From positions 15,681 through 79,680 of the forward strand of contig DYSI01000003.1 of the NCBI GenBank assembly GCA_020718275.1: a DNA stretch of 64,000 nucleotides. Reading direction: 5' to 3'. Below are positions 1 to 12,492 of the stretch, piece after piece. The notes under the pieces were generated by a model, which did not search any database, was not told the origin of the DNA, and saw nothing but the letters and a program-made list of their open reading frames with translations. This stretch comes from Draconibacterium orientale (GTDB lineage Bacteria; Bacteroidota; Bacteroidia; Bacteroidales; UBA1556). How positions within the stretch are numbered: the stretch's first letter is position 1; every line of letters starts with the position of its first letter. A program made the translations under genes and the position numbers.

Positions 1-1
1 A

Positions 2-3000
2 ACGACCGTTTTTACCGTTTCTCAGGGCGGCAGCTCAAACTATAATGCAGCTACCGATGCTACTCAGACTTTGACGGTTTCTACTGGGCCTTGTTTTTCT
101 AAAGACTTTGAAACTGGAAATATTACTGAATGGACTAGTGCAGGAGGTACGACAGGAGGAGGTACAACAGCTGTTAACGGCAGTGCTGGTGATTATTATA
201 TTAACTTAAATGAAGATAGTGAATGGGCTCAGTTACCAACAACAAGCACCTATGGCAGTATTTCATTTAATCTTAAAGGATCCGCATCTTCGAATAGTTG
301 GACATTGAAAGTTCAATATAGCACTAACGGATCAACTTGGAATGATATTTCTGGTGCTGGGACAATAGCTGGATCTTCAATTGGGACTTCATATTCCTTA
401 AAAACTGTTACAATTCCAGTCTCAACAAATTACTTAAGGCTGTTTCTAGTAAGATCTAGTAATTCATGTTACGTAGGTAACATTGATGCCTATTGCTCAT
501 ATACGCCTGAAATCAACCTAAAAGGAAATTCAAATGATATCGCAAATGGCAGCATAAGCCCTAGTACTTCTGATCATACCGATTTTGGAAATGTTGATGT
601 AGCCAGCGGAACTATGGTCAGAACTTTCACCATCGAAAATACAGGAACAGCAGACCTTACACTAACAGGGGCAAGTCCTTATGTAAGTTTGAGCGGTGCG
701 CATGCAGCAGATTTTTCTGTAACGGCCAACCCGACTACTCCTATTTCGACTTCCAGCTCTACTACTTTTCAGATTACTTTTAATCCATCCGCCACCGGAG
801 TCAGGTCAGCTACGGTTTCCATTGCCAATGATGATAGCGATGAAAATCCCTATACCTTTGCCATACAAGGTACTGGCGTAAATAGTGCCAGCTCAAATAT
901 TATTACCAATAGTTCATTTAGCTATTCATCAAATATTGCCTACACCTCCTATCAAGGAAATCCTGCTTCAAGTACCTCTAATAGTGTGGGAGTATTCAAA
1001 TTTACCATCCAAGATGGGGGTGGATCTTCAGATGCCGATGCTTTCTCAACGGAACTAACAGCTATTACTTTTAACGTATCCAATATTGCTAATATTCGCT
1101 CCGCAGCTTTGTTTGGAGGTGGTTCTCAAACCAGCCTAATAAGCAATACGGCTACCATCAATTCAGGCTTAGGTACCATTAGTTTTAGCGGATTAAGCGG
1201 CGCCAATGTGACGGCTGCAGATAATGCAACCAATAATGTTACCCTGCGCGTTTCTTTTAACACCACGGTAACCGATAATAGTCAGATGCAATTTACAATA
1301 AGCTCAGCTACCGCCAATACCTCCGGTTCGGTATTTGCCACAGCGGCTGCAGGTGGAGCAAGTTCTTCAACCACAGCAGATATTAATAGGATTGAAGTTA
1401 CGGCTGATAGGCTTAACTTTAGTGTTCAGCCGACTGGTTCATCGATTAATGTTGCTTTGCCTTCATTCACAGTGGCTACTGCTGATGCTAACTTAAATAC
1501 TGATTTGGATGCTTCTGCCACAGTCACCATCACTTCCGCTGGTACAGGCTTAACAGCCGCTGCTTCTTATTCCCTCACAGGTGGTAGCGTGAGTATTACT
1601 GATGTAGAATTTAGCGACGCGCAAACCACCGCTTTAACTGCCTCAGCAACAGGTTTTACGTCAGCTACTTCAAGCAGTTTTGTAATTTCAGCAGTGGTTA
1701 TTCCTGCCAATAGTTACCGAACAACATCAGCAGGCTCTTGGCCTAGCTCTTCTACAGCAACCTTTGATCGGTATGTTTCAAGTACTTGGTCGAGTGCATC
1801 AGCTCCAGGGGCTTCAACTACGGATGTTCTTTATATCAGACATACTATCACTACCAATGCGGCTTTTGCTGCAGGCGCTCCCGGTACTAGTATGGTTATA
1901 GAAAATAATGGAGTATTTAATGCAGGGCATAATTGTACCTTTGCTTCTATTACTGTTCAAAGTGGTGGAGTTCTAAATATTACAGATCCTGCTGTTACGG
2001 TTTCATCCACCGGAACTATAACCGTAGAATCAGGAGGAAGAGTTATTATTAATTCGGTTACATTAAACAATGCTGATGATTTTTGGGATGGAGCAGAAGA
2101 TTTTCAAGACGGCTCAACCTTAGAAATTCAAAACTGGGATTGGAATAGCGCATCAGGTGAAGAGAGACTTATCGACGCCTCAAATGTAGTGTCAGTGAAT
2201 ACAGGTGGATATTATTTTGGAAATATTATTATCAATGCAACGCCAGACGACGGAAAAGCTTTTACCTTAATTGGAACAACAGGTACTCATAAGCTTTGTC
2301 AAAATGATTTAACTGTAAATCAAGGATCTTCCAGCTATAGTGTTATACTAACTAATGTAGCTGCCAATGTCGAATTTGGAGGAAACATTATTGCTCAACA
2401 AAATACTTTCTCTTTTGGGGCACTTAGTTCTTCTAACGTCACTCATACTGTTAAAGGAAATCTTACAGGAAGTGGTGGTAAAATTAATTTAAATCAGACT
2501 AATTCAACAAGTTCAAGTGTAGTAGTCAATGTGGAGGGAAATATTGATATTCCTTCCGGCTCCACCTTAACTAGCTCTGACGCAGGTTGTAAAATAGTTT
2601 TTTCCAAAGCCGGAACTCAAACGATTGATATAGCAGGAACTTTAGGTTCAGATGTTGATTTCGAGGTGGGGAGTGGTTCAACTGCCCAATTGATTAACCG
2701 TAGTTTAAACCTTGGTAATAGTTCCAATAATTTTACTGTTTTAATAGATGGAATTTTAGATTTTAATTATTATAATATCACTGGTTCAGGGGTTTTCGAT
2801 CTTAATTCGGGAGGAACACTTTTAATATATTCTGCTGATGGAGTCAATGCAAGTGGAACAACTGGAAATGTGCAAAGCACAGGAACAAGAACATTCAGCC
2901 AAACAGGTTATTATCACTATGTTGGCAATACCACTCCGCAATCAACCGGAACGGCCATGACTTCAGGATCTTCTGCAAAAAGGATTGTAATCAACAAAAC

Positions 3001-5140
3001 TAATGCAACTGATGTTGTGAACTTAACGCAGTCCACAGGAACCACAGGATACTTACGAATTGAAAATGGAATTTTGGTAGAAACTGCTGCTGCATACGTC
3101 AATGGATCTGGAGAGTTACAAATGATTGGCGGTGAATACAGGATTGCATTGCTATCCACAGTGCCTTCAATCACAGGAACTTATACTTTGACTGGTGGAA
3201 CGATTCATTTAAATGGCGGTGCAGGAACACAGACTCTTAAGGGAGGAAAAGATTATTATTGTTTGAGCTTCAGTGGAGGAGGTGATAAAAAGATAAGCTC
3301 TGCAATCACCAATATTGGTGGTGCGGCAGTAAATGATGGTTTGGTGAGTATAAGCGGCGATAATACTATTTTGGATTTAGAAAGCAATACTTTTAGTGGT
3401 AATGCTGGCCTTAGTATGTCGGATAACTCACGCATTCGGATGGCCAAATTAAGTCAAACACTTCCACAACTCGATGGAACTTATTCTTTGACGGGGGGCA
3501 CTGTGGAATTATATGGCTCTGCTGACGGACAAATTCATTCCTTGAAAGGGGGAGTTGCTTATTATAATGTTGATATCAATTCTACTTCTGCTAATGTTCG
3601 GGATGATGAGGCCAATGTGGTAGTGGGTTCTAGTTTGTCTGTTGCTGGCACTCTGAATGTTAATTCACCAAGTTGTTTGAAAATTGGCAGCTCATACACT
3701 TTGAGTGGATCAGGAACCTTTGACTTAAAAGCTGGTGCAACGCTCAAATATGGTTCGGCAAATGGAATTACTTCTTCAGGGGCGTCTGGAAATATTCAGT
3801 GTAATACCCGTGTATTTCCTTCCACCGCTAGTTATGGTTTTGTGGGTTCTTTGAATCAAAATACGGGTAACGGATTACCTTTGAGTATGGTAAACATGTA
3901 TCTTGATAAAGCATCTGCAACTGCAAAAGTAACCCTTAGCAATTCGGCGAGTGTACAAAATACATTGGTGATGAATGATGGCATTCTCTATGCCGATACG
4001 ATCAATAGTAGAGTACTTGAATTAGGAACGTCTACTTCGCAATTAGGAACACTGAATTATATTTCTGGTTATGTTGAAGGTAAAATGCGTAGATGGTTTA
4101 GTAGTACTAATAGTGGCGATGCCAGCGGATTATTTCCATTGGGGGTCTATAGAGGCACAGGAGCCGCTGGAATAAAAAATAGAAAAGTTAAAGTTGAATA
4201 TACTACTGCTGCCACTGATGGCGGAAGTTTAACTGCCAATTGGGTGCATACAGCTATGGGAAGTGCTGGTTTAACTATTCCAATTGCAAATACAGGAGGT
4301 TGCGATTTTGATATTTGGTTTACCAATGAAAGAGGCTATTGGCGAATCGATAATTCAAGCGGAACGCTTACTGATGGACAATACACCATAAGTGCTACCG
4401 GCGAAGATTTCAAAGGAATTACTGATTTATCCAAACTAACTCTTCTCAAGCGAGTAGCGCTTGGCGATTGGTATGCCTTTGGAACCCATCAAGTTCCAAC
4501 GGGTACTGCCGCTATTCCAATTGTTTCGCGTAGCGGAATGACCGGCTGGAGTAACTTTGGTTTTGGTGGTGGTTCTGTGAATATTCTCCCTGTACAATTA
4601 TTATCCTTCAGCGCTCAACGTAAAGATAATGCCAATCTTTTGACCTGGACTACGGCCACTGAAATCAATAATAATTACTTTATGATTGAAAGAAGTGAAG
4701 ATGCGCTTCTTTTTGAAGAAATTGGTCAAGTGTCTGGCAACGGAAATTCAAATCAGCTTTTAAATTACTATTTTCAAGACGACAGAGCTTTCCAAAATGT
4801 AATCTACTATCGTTTAAAACAAGTGGATTTTGATGGGCAGTCGACCTTCAGTGATATTATTTTGCTTGATGCCACCACTAGTGGTTTGACCATGCTAAAG
4901 TGCTACCAATCAAATCAGCAATTGCATCTGAGCCTTGCTAGCGATCAGGCTGAAACCATCGGTCTACAGATAATGGATGTTAGTGGTAGAGTACTTTTTA
5001 ATCAGGCTTTAGAAGTGAAGGATGGAACGGATAATTATAGTATAAATCTTCCTGATTTTGCTAAAGGGATGTATTTTATTCAAATCAATAGTAGTCAAAT
5101 GCCATCTAATGCGGGCGGTATCAAACTGATTATTGACTAA
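2..5140 (+). CDS. Large T9SS type A sorting-domain surface protein (5'-truncated): MBG/Ig-like, choice-of-anchor D and beta-helix-like repeats
   Basis: Frame is open from base 2 ([26 protein letters not shown]), so the true start lies upstream of the window. Contains PEINLKGN...[14 protein letters not shown] (choice-of-anchor D), Gly/Ser/Thr-rich repeats, an [10 protein letters not shown]...[11 protein letters not shown]g module and C-terminal KGMYFIQI...KLII (T9SS CTD). Confidence 0.85.
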   Translation, partial: TTVFTVSQGGSSNYNAATDATQTLTVSTGPCFSKDFETGNITEWTSAGGTTGGGTTAVNGSAGDYYINLNEDSEWAQLPTTSTYGSISFNLKGSASSNSWTLKVQYSTNGSTWNDISGAGTIAGSSIGTSYSLKTVTIPVSTNYLRLFLVRSSNSCYVGNIDAYCSYTPEINLKGNSNDIANGSISPSTSDHTDFGNVDVASGTMVRTFTIENTGTADLTLTGASPYVSLSGAHAADFSVTANPTTPISTSSSTTFQITFNPSATGVRSATVSIANDDSDENPYTFAIQGTGVNSASSNIITNSSFSYSSNIAYTSYQGNPASSTSNSVGVFKFTIQDGGGSSDADAFSTELTAITFNVSNIANIRSAALFGGGSQTSLISNTATINSGLGTISFSGLSGANVTAADNATNNVTLRVSFNTTVTDNSQMQFTISSATANTSGSVFATAAAGGASSSTTADINRIEVTADRLNFSVQPTGSSINVALPSFTVATADANLNTDLDASATVTITSAGTGLTAAASYSLTGGSVSITDVEFSDAQTTALTASATGFTSATSSSFVISAVVIPANSYRTTSAGSWPSSSTATFDRYVSSTWSSASAPGASTTDVLYIRHTITTNAAFAAGAPGTSMVIENNGVFNAGHNCTFASITVQSGGVLNITDPAVTVSSTGTITVESGGRVIINSVTLNNADDFWDGAEDFQDGSTLEIQNWDWNSASGEERLIDASNVVSVNTGGYYFGNIIINATPDDGKAFTLIGTTGTHKLCQNDLTVNQGSSSYSVILTNVAANVEFGGNIIAQQNTFSFGALSSSNVTHTVKGNLTGSGGKINLNQTNSTSSSVVVNVEGNIDIPSGSTLTSSDAGCKIVFSKAGTQTIDIAGTLGSDVDFEVGSGSTAQLINRSLNLGNSSNNFTVLIDGILDFNYYNITGSGVFDLNSGGTLLIYSADGVNASGTTGNVQSTGTRTFSQTGYYHYVGNTTPQSTGTAMTSGSSAKRIVINKTNATDVVNLTQSTGTTGYLRIENGILVETAAAYVNGSGELQMIGGEYRIALLSTVPSITGTYTLTGGTIHLNGGAGTQTLKGGKDYYCLSFSGGGDKKISSAITNIGGAAVNDGLVSISGDNTILDLESNTFSGNAGLSMSDNSRIRMAKLSQTLPQLDGTYSLTGGTVELYGSADGQIHSLKGGVAYYNVDINSTSANVRDDEANVVVGSSLSVAGTLNVNSPSCLKIGSSYTLSGSGTFDLKAGATLKYGSANGITSSGASGNIQCNTRVFPSTASYGFVGSLNQNTGNGLPLSMVNMYLDKASATAKVTLSNSASVQNTLVMNDGILYADTINSRVLELGTSTSQLGTLNYISGYVEGKMRRWFSSTNSGDASGLFPLGVYRGTGAAGIKNRKVKVEYTTAATDGGSLTANWVHTAMGSAGLTIPIANTGGCDFDIWFTNERGYWRIDNSSGTLTDGQYTISATGEDFKGITDLSKLTLLKRVALGDWYAFGTHQVPTGTAAIPIVSRSGMTGWSNFGFGGGSVNILPVQLLSFSAQRKDNANLLTWTTATEINNNYFMIERSEDALLFEEIGQVSGNGNSNQLLNYYFQDDRAFQNVIYYRLKQVDFDGQSTFSDIILLDATTSGLTMLKCYQSNQQLHLSLASDQAETIGLQIMDVSGRVLFNQALEVKDGTDNYSINLPDFAKGMYFIQINSSQMPSNAGGIKLIID

Positions 5141-5193
5141 TAAATTTTGACTGAAATTGGCCTTGATTTGATCAGCAATAGCCTCTTAAAATT

Positions 5194-5226
5194 AAAATAA
5201 TCCGTCGAAAGGCGGATTATTTTTTT
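5194..5226. terminator. Bidirectional intrinsic terminator
   Basis: AAAATAATCCGTC-GAAA-GGCGGATTATTTTTTT hairpin between convergent genes. Confidence 0.8.
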
Positions 5227-5267
5227 AGGTAAAATCGTAAAAGTTTTTAGGATTATGAACTTGTTTT

Positions 5268-6680
5268 TTAGCTCTTCTTGCGCTTGTTTTTAATCAAGTT
5301 TTGTATTTCCAGATCTTCCATAAGAGGCGTCATCCCTTCCAGTAGTTCAATGCTTTCGTTGGGAGAATGATTGAGGGCTATCGAAATGTAATTAATGGCC
5401 ATTGGGATGTTTCCCAACTCATAATGAAACTCGGCATATCGTACAAAATTTCGATAATTGGAACTTGTTTGCTGAATACCCAAATCGAGGACTTCAAAGG
5501 CAGAATCTCGTTCTTCCATATTCCAAAAGATTCCTGCCAAGTCAAAATAGATTTCTTCGTTTTCAGGATTCTTTTCCAAAATATGGTGGTAAATAGTAGC
5601 CGCTTCACTGTAGTTTTCTAATTCGGCAAGGATATCTCCTAAAATATATTGATAATCAATATTTTCTGGCTCAAGGCTCAGGGCCTCGTGAATATAGGGA
5701 AGCGATTCGTTATATTTCTCCATATTGAAATAAATAAGCGCAAGATTGACGTACACTTCCACAATTTTGTCGTTAATTTCGATGGCTTTGAAATAATGTT
5801 CGAGCGCTAATTCAGTATTATTCAAACTTTCGTAGCACTGGCCGATATACACATGAGTAAGTCCATCAGGTTCCTCGTGCTGAAATGTTTCTTTAAAATT
5901 ATCAATGGCTCCTTTAAAATCACCCAAGTTGATGAGTGAATTTGCTTTGTTGAAATAGGCGGAACTAAAGGATTCATCAATTACCAAGGTATAATCATAA
6001 GCTTGAATGGCTTTTTCGTAGAGTTCTAAATTAGAGTATGTTATCCCTAAATTGAACCAAGCGACGTGCGAATAAGGATGTTCATTCACAAAATCAGTAA
6101 AGAACTTGAGGCTATCTTCCATTCGTTTGTCGATTTCAAAACAGAATAGAATTTCGTAAAGCACGCCCTCATCTTCGGGGTCTTCTTCAATTGCTTTTTT
6201 CAGATAATCAACCGCAATTTTGTATTGATGAATGCTTTCGTATTCATAGGCAATGGTTACCCAAAGTTCTTTGGGTTCGGCGCCAAGATTAATGCTTTCG
6301 AGATAGGCGTCAATAGATTGTTGATGTTTGCCCATTCGAGAATAAGCGTACGCCATGGTTTGCCTGATATGTGGATTTCGTGGCTCGATGGCTGCTAGTT
6401 CATTAAGGATTAAAATCGCTTGTCCAATTCGCTTATTGGTAATTAGGCGCTGGGCGTCTTTTATTTTAAAATGTAAATGATACGGGTGAATATTGGTGGC
6501 AGTCCTTATGGCTAACTCCATTTGTTTGCCATTTTGATTCATATCATAATATTCAATGATTTCTTCAAACTCCTCAATGTCAAAATAGGGAGATTCAGCA
6601 TTCTTTACAGCCGTTTCAAACCTTGTTACGAGCTCTTCTACTTGTTCATCCGTGAAATCATCAAATTCTTCGTCCATCAT
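5268..6680 (-). CDS. Tetratricopeptide repeat protein
   Basis: 470 aa with many TPR units (AWFNLGITY...YEKAIQAY; AYFNKANSL). Confidence 0.85.
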   Translation of the reverse strand: MMDEEFDDFTDEQVEELVTRFETAVKNAESPYFDIEEFEEIIEYYDMNQNGKQMELAIRTATNIHPYHLHFKIKDAQRLITNKRIGQAILILNELAAIEPRNPHIRQTMAYAYSRMGKHQQSIDAYLESINLGAEPKELWVTIAYEYESIHQYKIAVDYLKKAIEEDPEDEGVLYEILFCFEIDKRMEDSLKFFTDFVNEHPYSHVAWFNLGITYSNLELYEKAIQAYDYTLVIDESFSSAYFNKANSLINLGDFKGAIDNFKETFQHEEPDGLTHVYIGQCYESLNNTELALEHYFKAIEINDKIVEVYVNLALIYFNMEKYNESLPYIHEALSLEPENIDYQYILGDILAELENYSEAATIYHHILEKNPENEEIYFDLAGIFWNMEERDSAFEVLDLGIQQTSSNYRNFVRYAEFHYELGNIPMAINYISIALNHSPNESIELLEGMTPLMEDLEIQNLIKNKRKKS

Positions 6681-6944
6681 CGACTTTGACTTTAATTTAT
6701 GCCATGCAAAATTAACCTATTTGGGCTATTAAAAGCAGTCAAAAATAATATAATGTTTTCGTAAAACCAAAATATTATAGTTAACTATCCTTGGTTGATA
6801 AACTAAGTATCAAATGCCAAGCAATAAATTAGAGGAGTATTAGTCTAATCTTAAGCGAGATAAAAGATTTTAAGGCAGATAGGCAGGTGATACATGGTAA
6901 TAGCTTCAATCATATTTTGGGCAACGACCAATATATTTTTATAT

Positions 6945-7015
6945 CACTATTGTCCGTTAAAAATTATATTTAGTCCATTTCAGCAATTTAGTAGTTTTTT
7001 TATCGGACAACACTG
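6945..7015. mobile_element. 71-bp MITE-like element, copy 1
   Basis: Ends CACTATTGTCCGTTAAAAA and TTTTTATCGGACAACACTG are imperfect inverted repeats. Differs from 12412-12482 at 2 positions. No TSD visible. Confidence 0.7.
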
Positions 7016-7071
7016 AAAAAGAATCAAAAACTGCTGAATATTCTGTTTATAAATAAATGACGTTCAGTAGA

Positions 7072-10000
7072 TTACTGTCCGTGACATTGTTTATATTTTT
7101 TGCCACTGCCGCAAGGGCATGGGTCGTTTCGGCCTACCTTCTTTTCCTTTACAATGGGTTGTGTAACTTGCGTTGCTTGCGTTTGATTGCCGAATTTATT
7201 TGGATCTGGCTTGGCGCTAACTTCACTTCTTCCGGTGGTCAATTTGCTTGAATCAAATTTAGCTGGTTTAAAATCAGATTCAATTTGTGCAGGCTTATTG
7301 GCTACTAAATCGCATTTTACAAGGAAAGAGATGATTTCTCGATTTATCTTATTGATCATTTGCTTGAAAAGGTCAAAAGACTCGAATTTATAAATCAAAA
7401 GAGGGTCTTTTTGTTCGTAAGATGCATTTTGTACCGACTGTTTCAATTCATCCATTTCGCGTAGATGTTCTTTCCATGCATTGTCGATTACCTTTAAGCT
7501 GACGCTTTTTTCGATCGAAGTGATAACTTCGCGGGCGTTGTTGTTAAAAGATTTTTCGAGATTTGCTACGATGTCCATAGACTTCAGTCCATCGGTCATC
7601 GGAATGGCGATATTTCTGTATAAATGCCCCTGACTCTTGTAAACATTGGTAATAACAGGAAGTGTTTCTCTCGAAATACGTTCTGATTTAATTTGATAAT
7701 TTTGGTAGGCAGCATTAAAAACCACCTCGGTCATTTGTTCGGCTTTGCCTTGTAGAAATTCTTTTTCGTCAATAGGAGTTTCAATTCCTAAAATTCGGAT
7801 TAATTCAATACTAAAATTATTGTAGTCTCTGTTTTCAAGTGCCTCATTGACAATATTTTCGGAGAGGTCATAAAACATATTGGAGATATCTAAGGCTAAT
7901 CGTTCGCCATCGAGAGCATGATGTCTTTTTTTGTAAATCACCTCTCTTTGAGCATTCATCACATCATCATATTCCAAAAGTCGCTTCCGAACGCCAAAGT
8001 TATTTTCTTCAACTTTTTTCTGGGCGCGTTCTATGGATTTTGAAATCATGGAATGTTGTATCACTTCGCCATCTTTCAATCCCATTCTGTCCATAATGGA
8101 AGCAATCTTTTCGGAACCGAAAAGTCGCATCAAATTATCTTCGAGTGACACATAAAACTGAGAAGATCCTGGGTCACCTTGGCGTCCTGCGCGTCCGCGC
8201 AACTGGCGATCCACGCGTCTTGACTCATGGCGTTCGGTACCCACAATTGCCAAACCGCCAGCTTCTTTCACTCCTGCACCGAGTTTTATATCGGTACCTC
8301 TACCTGCCATATTGGTAGCAATGGTTACTGTTCCAGCTTGACCTGCCTCTGCAACAATGTCAGCTTCGCGTTGATGGAGCTTGGCATTCAGTACATTATG
8401 CTTTATATTTTGAAGTTTCAGCATTCGGCTCAAGAGTTCCGAAATTTCTACCGAAGTAGTTCCAATCAGCACGGGTCTTCCTGCTTTTACTAATTTTACG
8501 GTTTCTGCTATTACTGCATTGTATTTTTCGCGTACGGTTTTGTAAACTAAATCTTCATGGTCTTTTCTTGAGATGGGACGATTGGTTGGTATCACCGTCA
8601 CATCCAATTTGTAAATATCCCATAATTCGCCTGCTTCTGTTTCAGCGGTTCCTGTCATACCGGCGAGTTTGTGATACATTCTGAAGTAGTTTTGCAAGGT
8701 AATGGTAGCGTATGTTTGGGTTGCGGCTTCCACTTTTACATTTTCTTTAGCTTCAATCGCTTGATGCAATCCGTCGGAGTAGCGTCGACCTTCCATAATA
8801 CGGCCGGTTTGTTCGTCTACAATTTTGATTTTGTTTTCGATAATGACGTACTCCACATCTAATTCAAAAAGTGCATAGGCCTTAAAAAGCTGATTCATCG
8901 TATGCACGCGTTCTGTTTTAACGCTGTAATCTTGCAATAATTTACTTTTGCGTTCTGCTTTTTCGAGGGTAGTGGCATTACTCTTTTCTATGCTGCTGAG
9001 TCCCATGGCCATATCTGGCAAAATATAGAATTCAGAATCTCCGGTCATTTGGGTAACCATGTCGAGCCCTTTGTCCGTCAGGTCAATAGAGTTGTGTTTT
9101 TCGTCAATTACAAAATAGAGTTCATCATCCACAATATGCATAAGCTTATTTTGCTCAGCCATATAGTAGTTTTCGGTTTTCTGCATACCAGTGCGCATGC
9201 CAGGCTCTGAAAGGAATTTGATGAGGGCTTTGTTTTTTGGTAATCCTCGGTAAGCTCTGAATAGCTTGGTGAAACCGTCTTTTTGTAAGTCTTTGTCAGC
9301 GGAGGCAATTTGCTTTTTTGCTTCAGACAAAATCTGTGTAACAAGTTGCTTTTGCACTGTATACAACTTAAGTACGTAGGGTTTTAGTTGGTCAAATTCC
9401 TGATGATCGCCGCGTGGAGTGGGGCCTGAAATGATTAAAGGGGTACGTGCGTCGTCGATAAGAACCGAGTCAACCTCATCCACAATGGAGTAATTGTGTT
9501 TACGCTGTACCAATTCTTGTGTTTCGGTGGCCATATTATCTCGCAAATAATCAAAACCAAATTCATTGTTCGTGCCATAGGTAACATCAGCAAGATAGGC
9601 TTTGCGTCTTGCCTCGGTATTGGGTTGGTGTTTATCGATGCAGTCAACGCTTAATCCATGAAATTCGAGTAACATACCCATCCATTCGGAGTCGCGTTTT
9701 GCCAAATAGTCGTTTACCGTAACTACATGCACTCCTCTTCCTGGCAGGGCATTCAGATAAATTGGTAGGGTAGCGACCAAAGTTTTTCCTTCACCGGTAG
9801 CCATTTCCGAGATTTTTCCTTGATGAAGAACAGCACCACCAATTAGCTGAACATCGTAATGGATCATGTCCCAGGTTACTTTGGTACCGCCAGCGGTCCA
9901 ACTATTGCCGAAAAGGGCTTTTTCTTCTTGGATATTGATATTGTCGAATTTGGTGGCAAGCGCTTTATCATGTTCGTTTGCGATCACCTCAATTAAGGTG

Positions 10001-10374
10001 TTTTCAGTGAATCTTCTGGCGGTTTCTTTCATCACCGCAAAGGCTTCGGGAAGTAAATCGTTAAGGATTTCTTCTATTTTCTCAGTGATTTTCTCTTCGA
10101 TTTTATCTATCTTCTGCCATAATTCTTCTCTTTCAATGATGTTGAGCTCTAAATTGCTGCTTATCTGCTGTTTAATTTGGTCTATTTCAGCTTGTTCGGG
10201 CTCTATCTTAGCTTTTATCTTTTGCTTGAATTCAATTGTTTTGTAACGAAGGGCATCGTTACTGAGATTTTTTATAGCTTTCTCGGCTTGATGAACACTG
10301 TCTACAATTGGCAAAAGCTTTTTGACGTCTTTGTCGGATTTGGTTCCGAAAAGTTTACTTACAAATTCTAACAT
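7072..10374 (-). CDS. secA: Preprotein translocase subunit SecA
   Basis: MATGEGKT Walker [31 protein letters not shown]-terminal [18 protein letters not shown]. Confidence 0.99.
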   Translation of the reverse strand: MLEFVSKLFGTKSDKDVKKLLPIVDSVHQAEKAIKNLSNDALRYKTIEFKQKIKAKIEPEQAEIDQIKQQISSNLELNIIEREELWQKIDKIEEKITEKIEEILNDLLPEAFAVMKETARRFTENTLIEVIANEHDKALATKFDNINIQEEKALFGNSWTAGGTKVTWDMIHYDVQLIGGAVLHQGKISEMATGEGKTLVATLPIYLNALPGRGVHVVTVNDYLAKRDSEWMGMLLEFHGLSVDCIDKHQPNTEARRKAYLADVTYGTNNEFGFDYLRDNMATETQELVQRKHNYSIVDEVDSVLIDDARTPLIISGPTPRGDHQEFDQLKPYVLKLYTVQKQLVTQILSEAKKQIASADKDLQKDGFTKLFRAYRGLPKNKALIKFLSEPGMRTGMQKTENYYMAEQNKLMHIVDDELYFVIDEKHNSIDLTDKGLDMVTQMTGDSEFYILPDMAMGLSSIEKSNATTLEKAERKSKLLQDYSVKTERVHTMNQLFKAYALFELDVEYVIIENKIKIVDEQTGRIMEGRRYSDGLHQAIEAKENVKVEAATQTYATITLQNYFRMYHKLAGMTGTAETEAGELWDIYKLDVTVIPTNRPISRKDHEDLVYKTVREKYNAVIAETVKLVKAGRPVLIGTTSVEISELLSRMLKLQNIKHNVLNAKLHQREADIVAEAGQAGTVTIATNMAGRGTDIKLGAGVKEAGGLAIVGTERHESRRVDRQLRGRAGRQGDPGSSQFYVSLEDNLMRLFGSEKIASIMDRMGLKDGEVIQHSMISKSIERAQKKVEENNFGVRKRLLEYDDVMNAQREVIYKKRHHALDGERLALDISNMFYDLSENIVNEALENRDYNNFSIELIRILGIETPIDEKEFLQGKAEQMTEVVFNAAYQNYQIKSERISRETLPVITNVYKSQGHLYRNIAIPMTDGLKSMDIVANLEKSFNNNAREVITSIEKSVSLKVIDNAWKEHLREMDELKQSVQNASYEQKDPLLIYKFESFDLFKQMINKINREIISFLVKCDLVANKPAQIESDFKPAKFDSSKLTTGRSEVSAKPDPNKFGNQTQATQVTQPIVKEKKVGRNDPCPCGSGKKYKQCHGQ

Positions 10375-10629
10375 AATGTTTGATGATATTCTATATTTAT
10401 AAAGGCTTATAACGGCAAAAATAGGGCAAATCTTCTTTAGTGAACCATAATGCTTACTTTGAAGGTAATAGTTTGATTACTAATTGTTTAAATGGTGACA
10501 TAAAGTCATATTATACAAATTAACGCAGTTTTTGAAGTGATTTAGGCTTATGTTTTGCTGAAAAATCATGTCTCACGTCCATAAATTAGGGTTGTATAAT
10601 AGTGATAGAGGATATTAAAGGTGCTTTGC

Positions 10630-10657
10630 AAAAAAAAGAAAAGGGACAAAGTCCCTT
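10630..10657 (-). terminator. Intrinsic terminator after the DUF2795 gene
   Basis: AAGGGAC-AAA-GTCCCTT hairpin with an A-run that reads as a U-tract on the minus strand. Confidence 0.55.
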
Positions 10658-10678
10658 CCCATTGATGTTTTACAATAT

Positions 10679-10900
10679 TTAGTATTCGTCCTCGTGGAAG
10701 AAAAAATCTTCTTTTGTTGGGTAGTCTGGCCAAAGGTCTTCAATACTATCATATTGTTCGCCTTCATCTTCAATTTCCAATAAATTCTCGATAATTTCCA
10801 TAGGAGCTCCCGAACGTTGAGCAAAATCAATGAGCTCTTCCTTAGTTGCAGGCCAAGGTGCATCTTCAATTTTTGAAGCCAATTCTAGTGTCCAATACAT
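10679..10900 (-). CDS. DUF2795 domain small acidic protein
   Basis: MYWTLELASKIEDAPWPATKEELIDFAQRSGAP, the conserved Bacteroidota protein usually found next to secA. Confidence 0.85.
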   Translation of the reverse strand: MYWTLELASKIEDAPWPATKEELIDFAQRSGAPMEIIENLLEIEDEGEQYDSIEDLWPDYPTKEDFFFHEDEY

Positions 10901-11002
10901 ATTCTAAATTTTTATAGATTTTTGATAATTTTTGCAAAAGTAATTTTTTAGAATTTAAAAGCAAGAAAAATATTTTGATTCTACATTAAGAAATAGTAAT
11001 GT

Positions 11003-11572
11003 TTATTTCTTGTTTTTTTTTGGTAGCCAAAGTAACTCATCAACTTCCATGAGTTTGGCGGCATATCGAGCAAGGGTAAAATAATAATCACTCAGTCTAT
11101 TCAGAAATTTTAATACAAGTTCGTCAGTATCATGGGTTTCTGCAAAGCGCAAATAGGCCCGTTCAGCCCTTCTGCAAATGGTACGGGCAACATGGCAATG
11201 CGATACCAAAGGATGACCTCCTGGTAAAATAAAAGAGTGAAGCGGCGCAAGGCTCAGCGTCATTCGGTCTATTTCGGATTCTAGAAATAGCACATCTGCT
11301 TCCTTGAGTTGTGGCATTCTCAACTTACTTTCGTAACTATCGCAGGCGACCAAACTTTCGGTGATAAATAAGTTTTCGATGATGATGAGGAGGTTTTTTT
11401 TGGTTAACAGATCATCCACAAAATCATAAACTAGTCCTGTATAGGATTTTAGTTCGTCGATAGTACCATAAGCTTCTACTTGCAAATCGTGCTTTGCCAC
11501 TCGGCTACCGCCAATTAAGGAGGTCTGGCCTGTGTCGCCTGCTTTGGTGTAAATTTTAAATTCCTTACTCAT
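11003..11572 (-). CDS. PduO-type cob(I)alamin adenosyltransferase
   Basis: [43 protein letters not shown] motifs. Confidence 0.93.
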   Translation of the reverse strand: MSKEFKIYTKAGDTGQTSLIGGSRVAKHDLQVEAYGTIDELKSYTGLVYDFVDDLLTKKNLLIIIENLFITESLVACDSYESKLRMPQLKEADVLFLESEIDRMTLSLAPLHSFILPGGHPLVSHCHVARTICRRAERAYLRFAETHDTDELVLKFLNRLSDYYFTLARYAAKLMEVDELLWLPKKNKK

Positions 11573-12281
11573 ACTGATAATTCAATGCGCTAATAGGGTT
11601 TTTGTTAATTGATTCTGAATCGATCAATCCGTCTTTTAATCGGATAATGCGATGGGTGTGTTCGGCAATATTTTCTTCGTGGGTAACAATAATAACGGTA
11701 TTGCCGGCTTTATGTATTTGCTCGAATAATCCCATAATTTCAATGGAGGTTTTGGAGTCTAAATTGCCGGTTGGTTCATCCGCTAAAATGATAGAGGGAT
11801 TATTTATTAAAGCGCGCGCAACTGCCACTCTTTGTCGCTGACCACCAGATAACTCATTGGGTTTATGGTCCATACGGTCGGCAAGCTGTACTTGCTCCAA
11901 TACCATTTTTGCTCTTTTGATGCGTTCTTCTTTACCGATACCGGCATATACCAGCGGTAACATAACGTTTTCGAGGGCGGTAGCTCGCGGCAATAAATTG
12001 AAAGTTTGAAAGACAAATCCAATTTCTTTATTGCGTATTTCGGCTAGTTGGTTATCGGTTAAAGTACTTACTATCTGATTATTTAAAATGTAAGAGCCCG
12101 CAGTGGGGGTGTCTAGGCAGCCTAGAATATTCATCAAGGTAGATTTTCCTGAACCAGAAGATCCCATTAGTCCAACATATTCATTTTTGTGAATATCCAC
12201 GGTGATGTCTCTGAGCGCTTTAACGATTTGTGTCCCTACCTGAAAGTGCTTTTTAATGCCCCTTAATTCAATGATTTTCAT
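11565..12281 (-). CDS. ABC transporter ATP-binding protein (LolD/MacB-like)
   Basis: GSSGSGKS Walker A, LSGGQRQR signature, [11 protein letters not shown]. Confidence 0.95.
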   Translation of the reverse strand: MKIIELRGIKKHFQVGTQIVKALRDITVDIHKNEYVGLMGSSGSGKSTLMNILGCLDTPTAGSYILNNQIVSTLTDNQLAEIRNKEIGFVFQTFNLLPRATALENVMLPLVYAGIGKEERIKRAKMVLEQVQLADRMDHKPNELSGGQRQRVAVARALINNPSIILADEPTGNLDSKTSIEIMGLFEQIHKAGNTVIIVTHEENIAEHTHRIIRLKDGLIDSESINKNPISALNYQYE

Positions 12282-12411
12282 ATAATAGTTTCCAATTTAT
12301 CACTATGGGATTGTTCTATTTAGAGTAAAATGATTCCTTAAATAATCGTTACAAAGATAGTATTATTGTACTGTTTTAATTTTATTTATGGCTAATATCA
12401 GTATTTTGAAA

Positions 12412-12482
12412 CATTATTGTCCGTTAAAAATTATATTTAGTCCATTTCGGCAATTTAGTAGTTTTTTTATCGGACAACACTG
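12412..12482. mobile_element. 71-bp MITE-like element, copy 2, with 9-bp target-site duplication
   Basis: Same terminal inverted repeats as copy 1, flanked by ATTTTGAAA at 12403-12411 and 12483-12491. Confidence 0.8.
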
Positions 12483-12492
12483 ATTTTGAAAA

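Noticed and set aside
7057..10371. Short alternative-frame and antisense ORFs within secA, and likewise within mrp, nqr, pit, degP, recA, ftsY and metK
   Set aside because: They are shadows of well-supported genes and have no recognisable motifs
10615..10869. 84-aa ORF overlapping the DUF2795 gene
   Set aside because: Alternative frame of a conserved gene; runs through the terminator hairpin
6945..12482. The two MITE copies as ends of a composite transposon carrying secA
   Set aside because: The TSD flanks copy 2 alone, the outer flanks do not match, and the enclosed genes are core and in normal order
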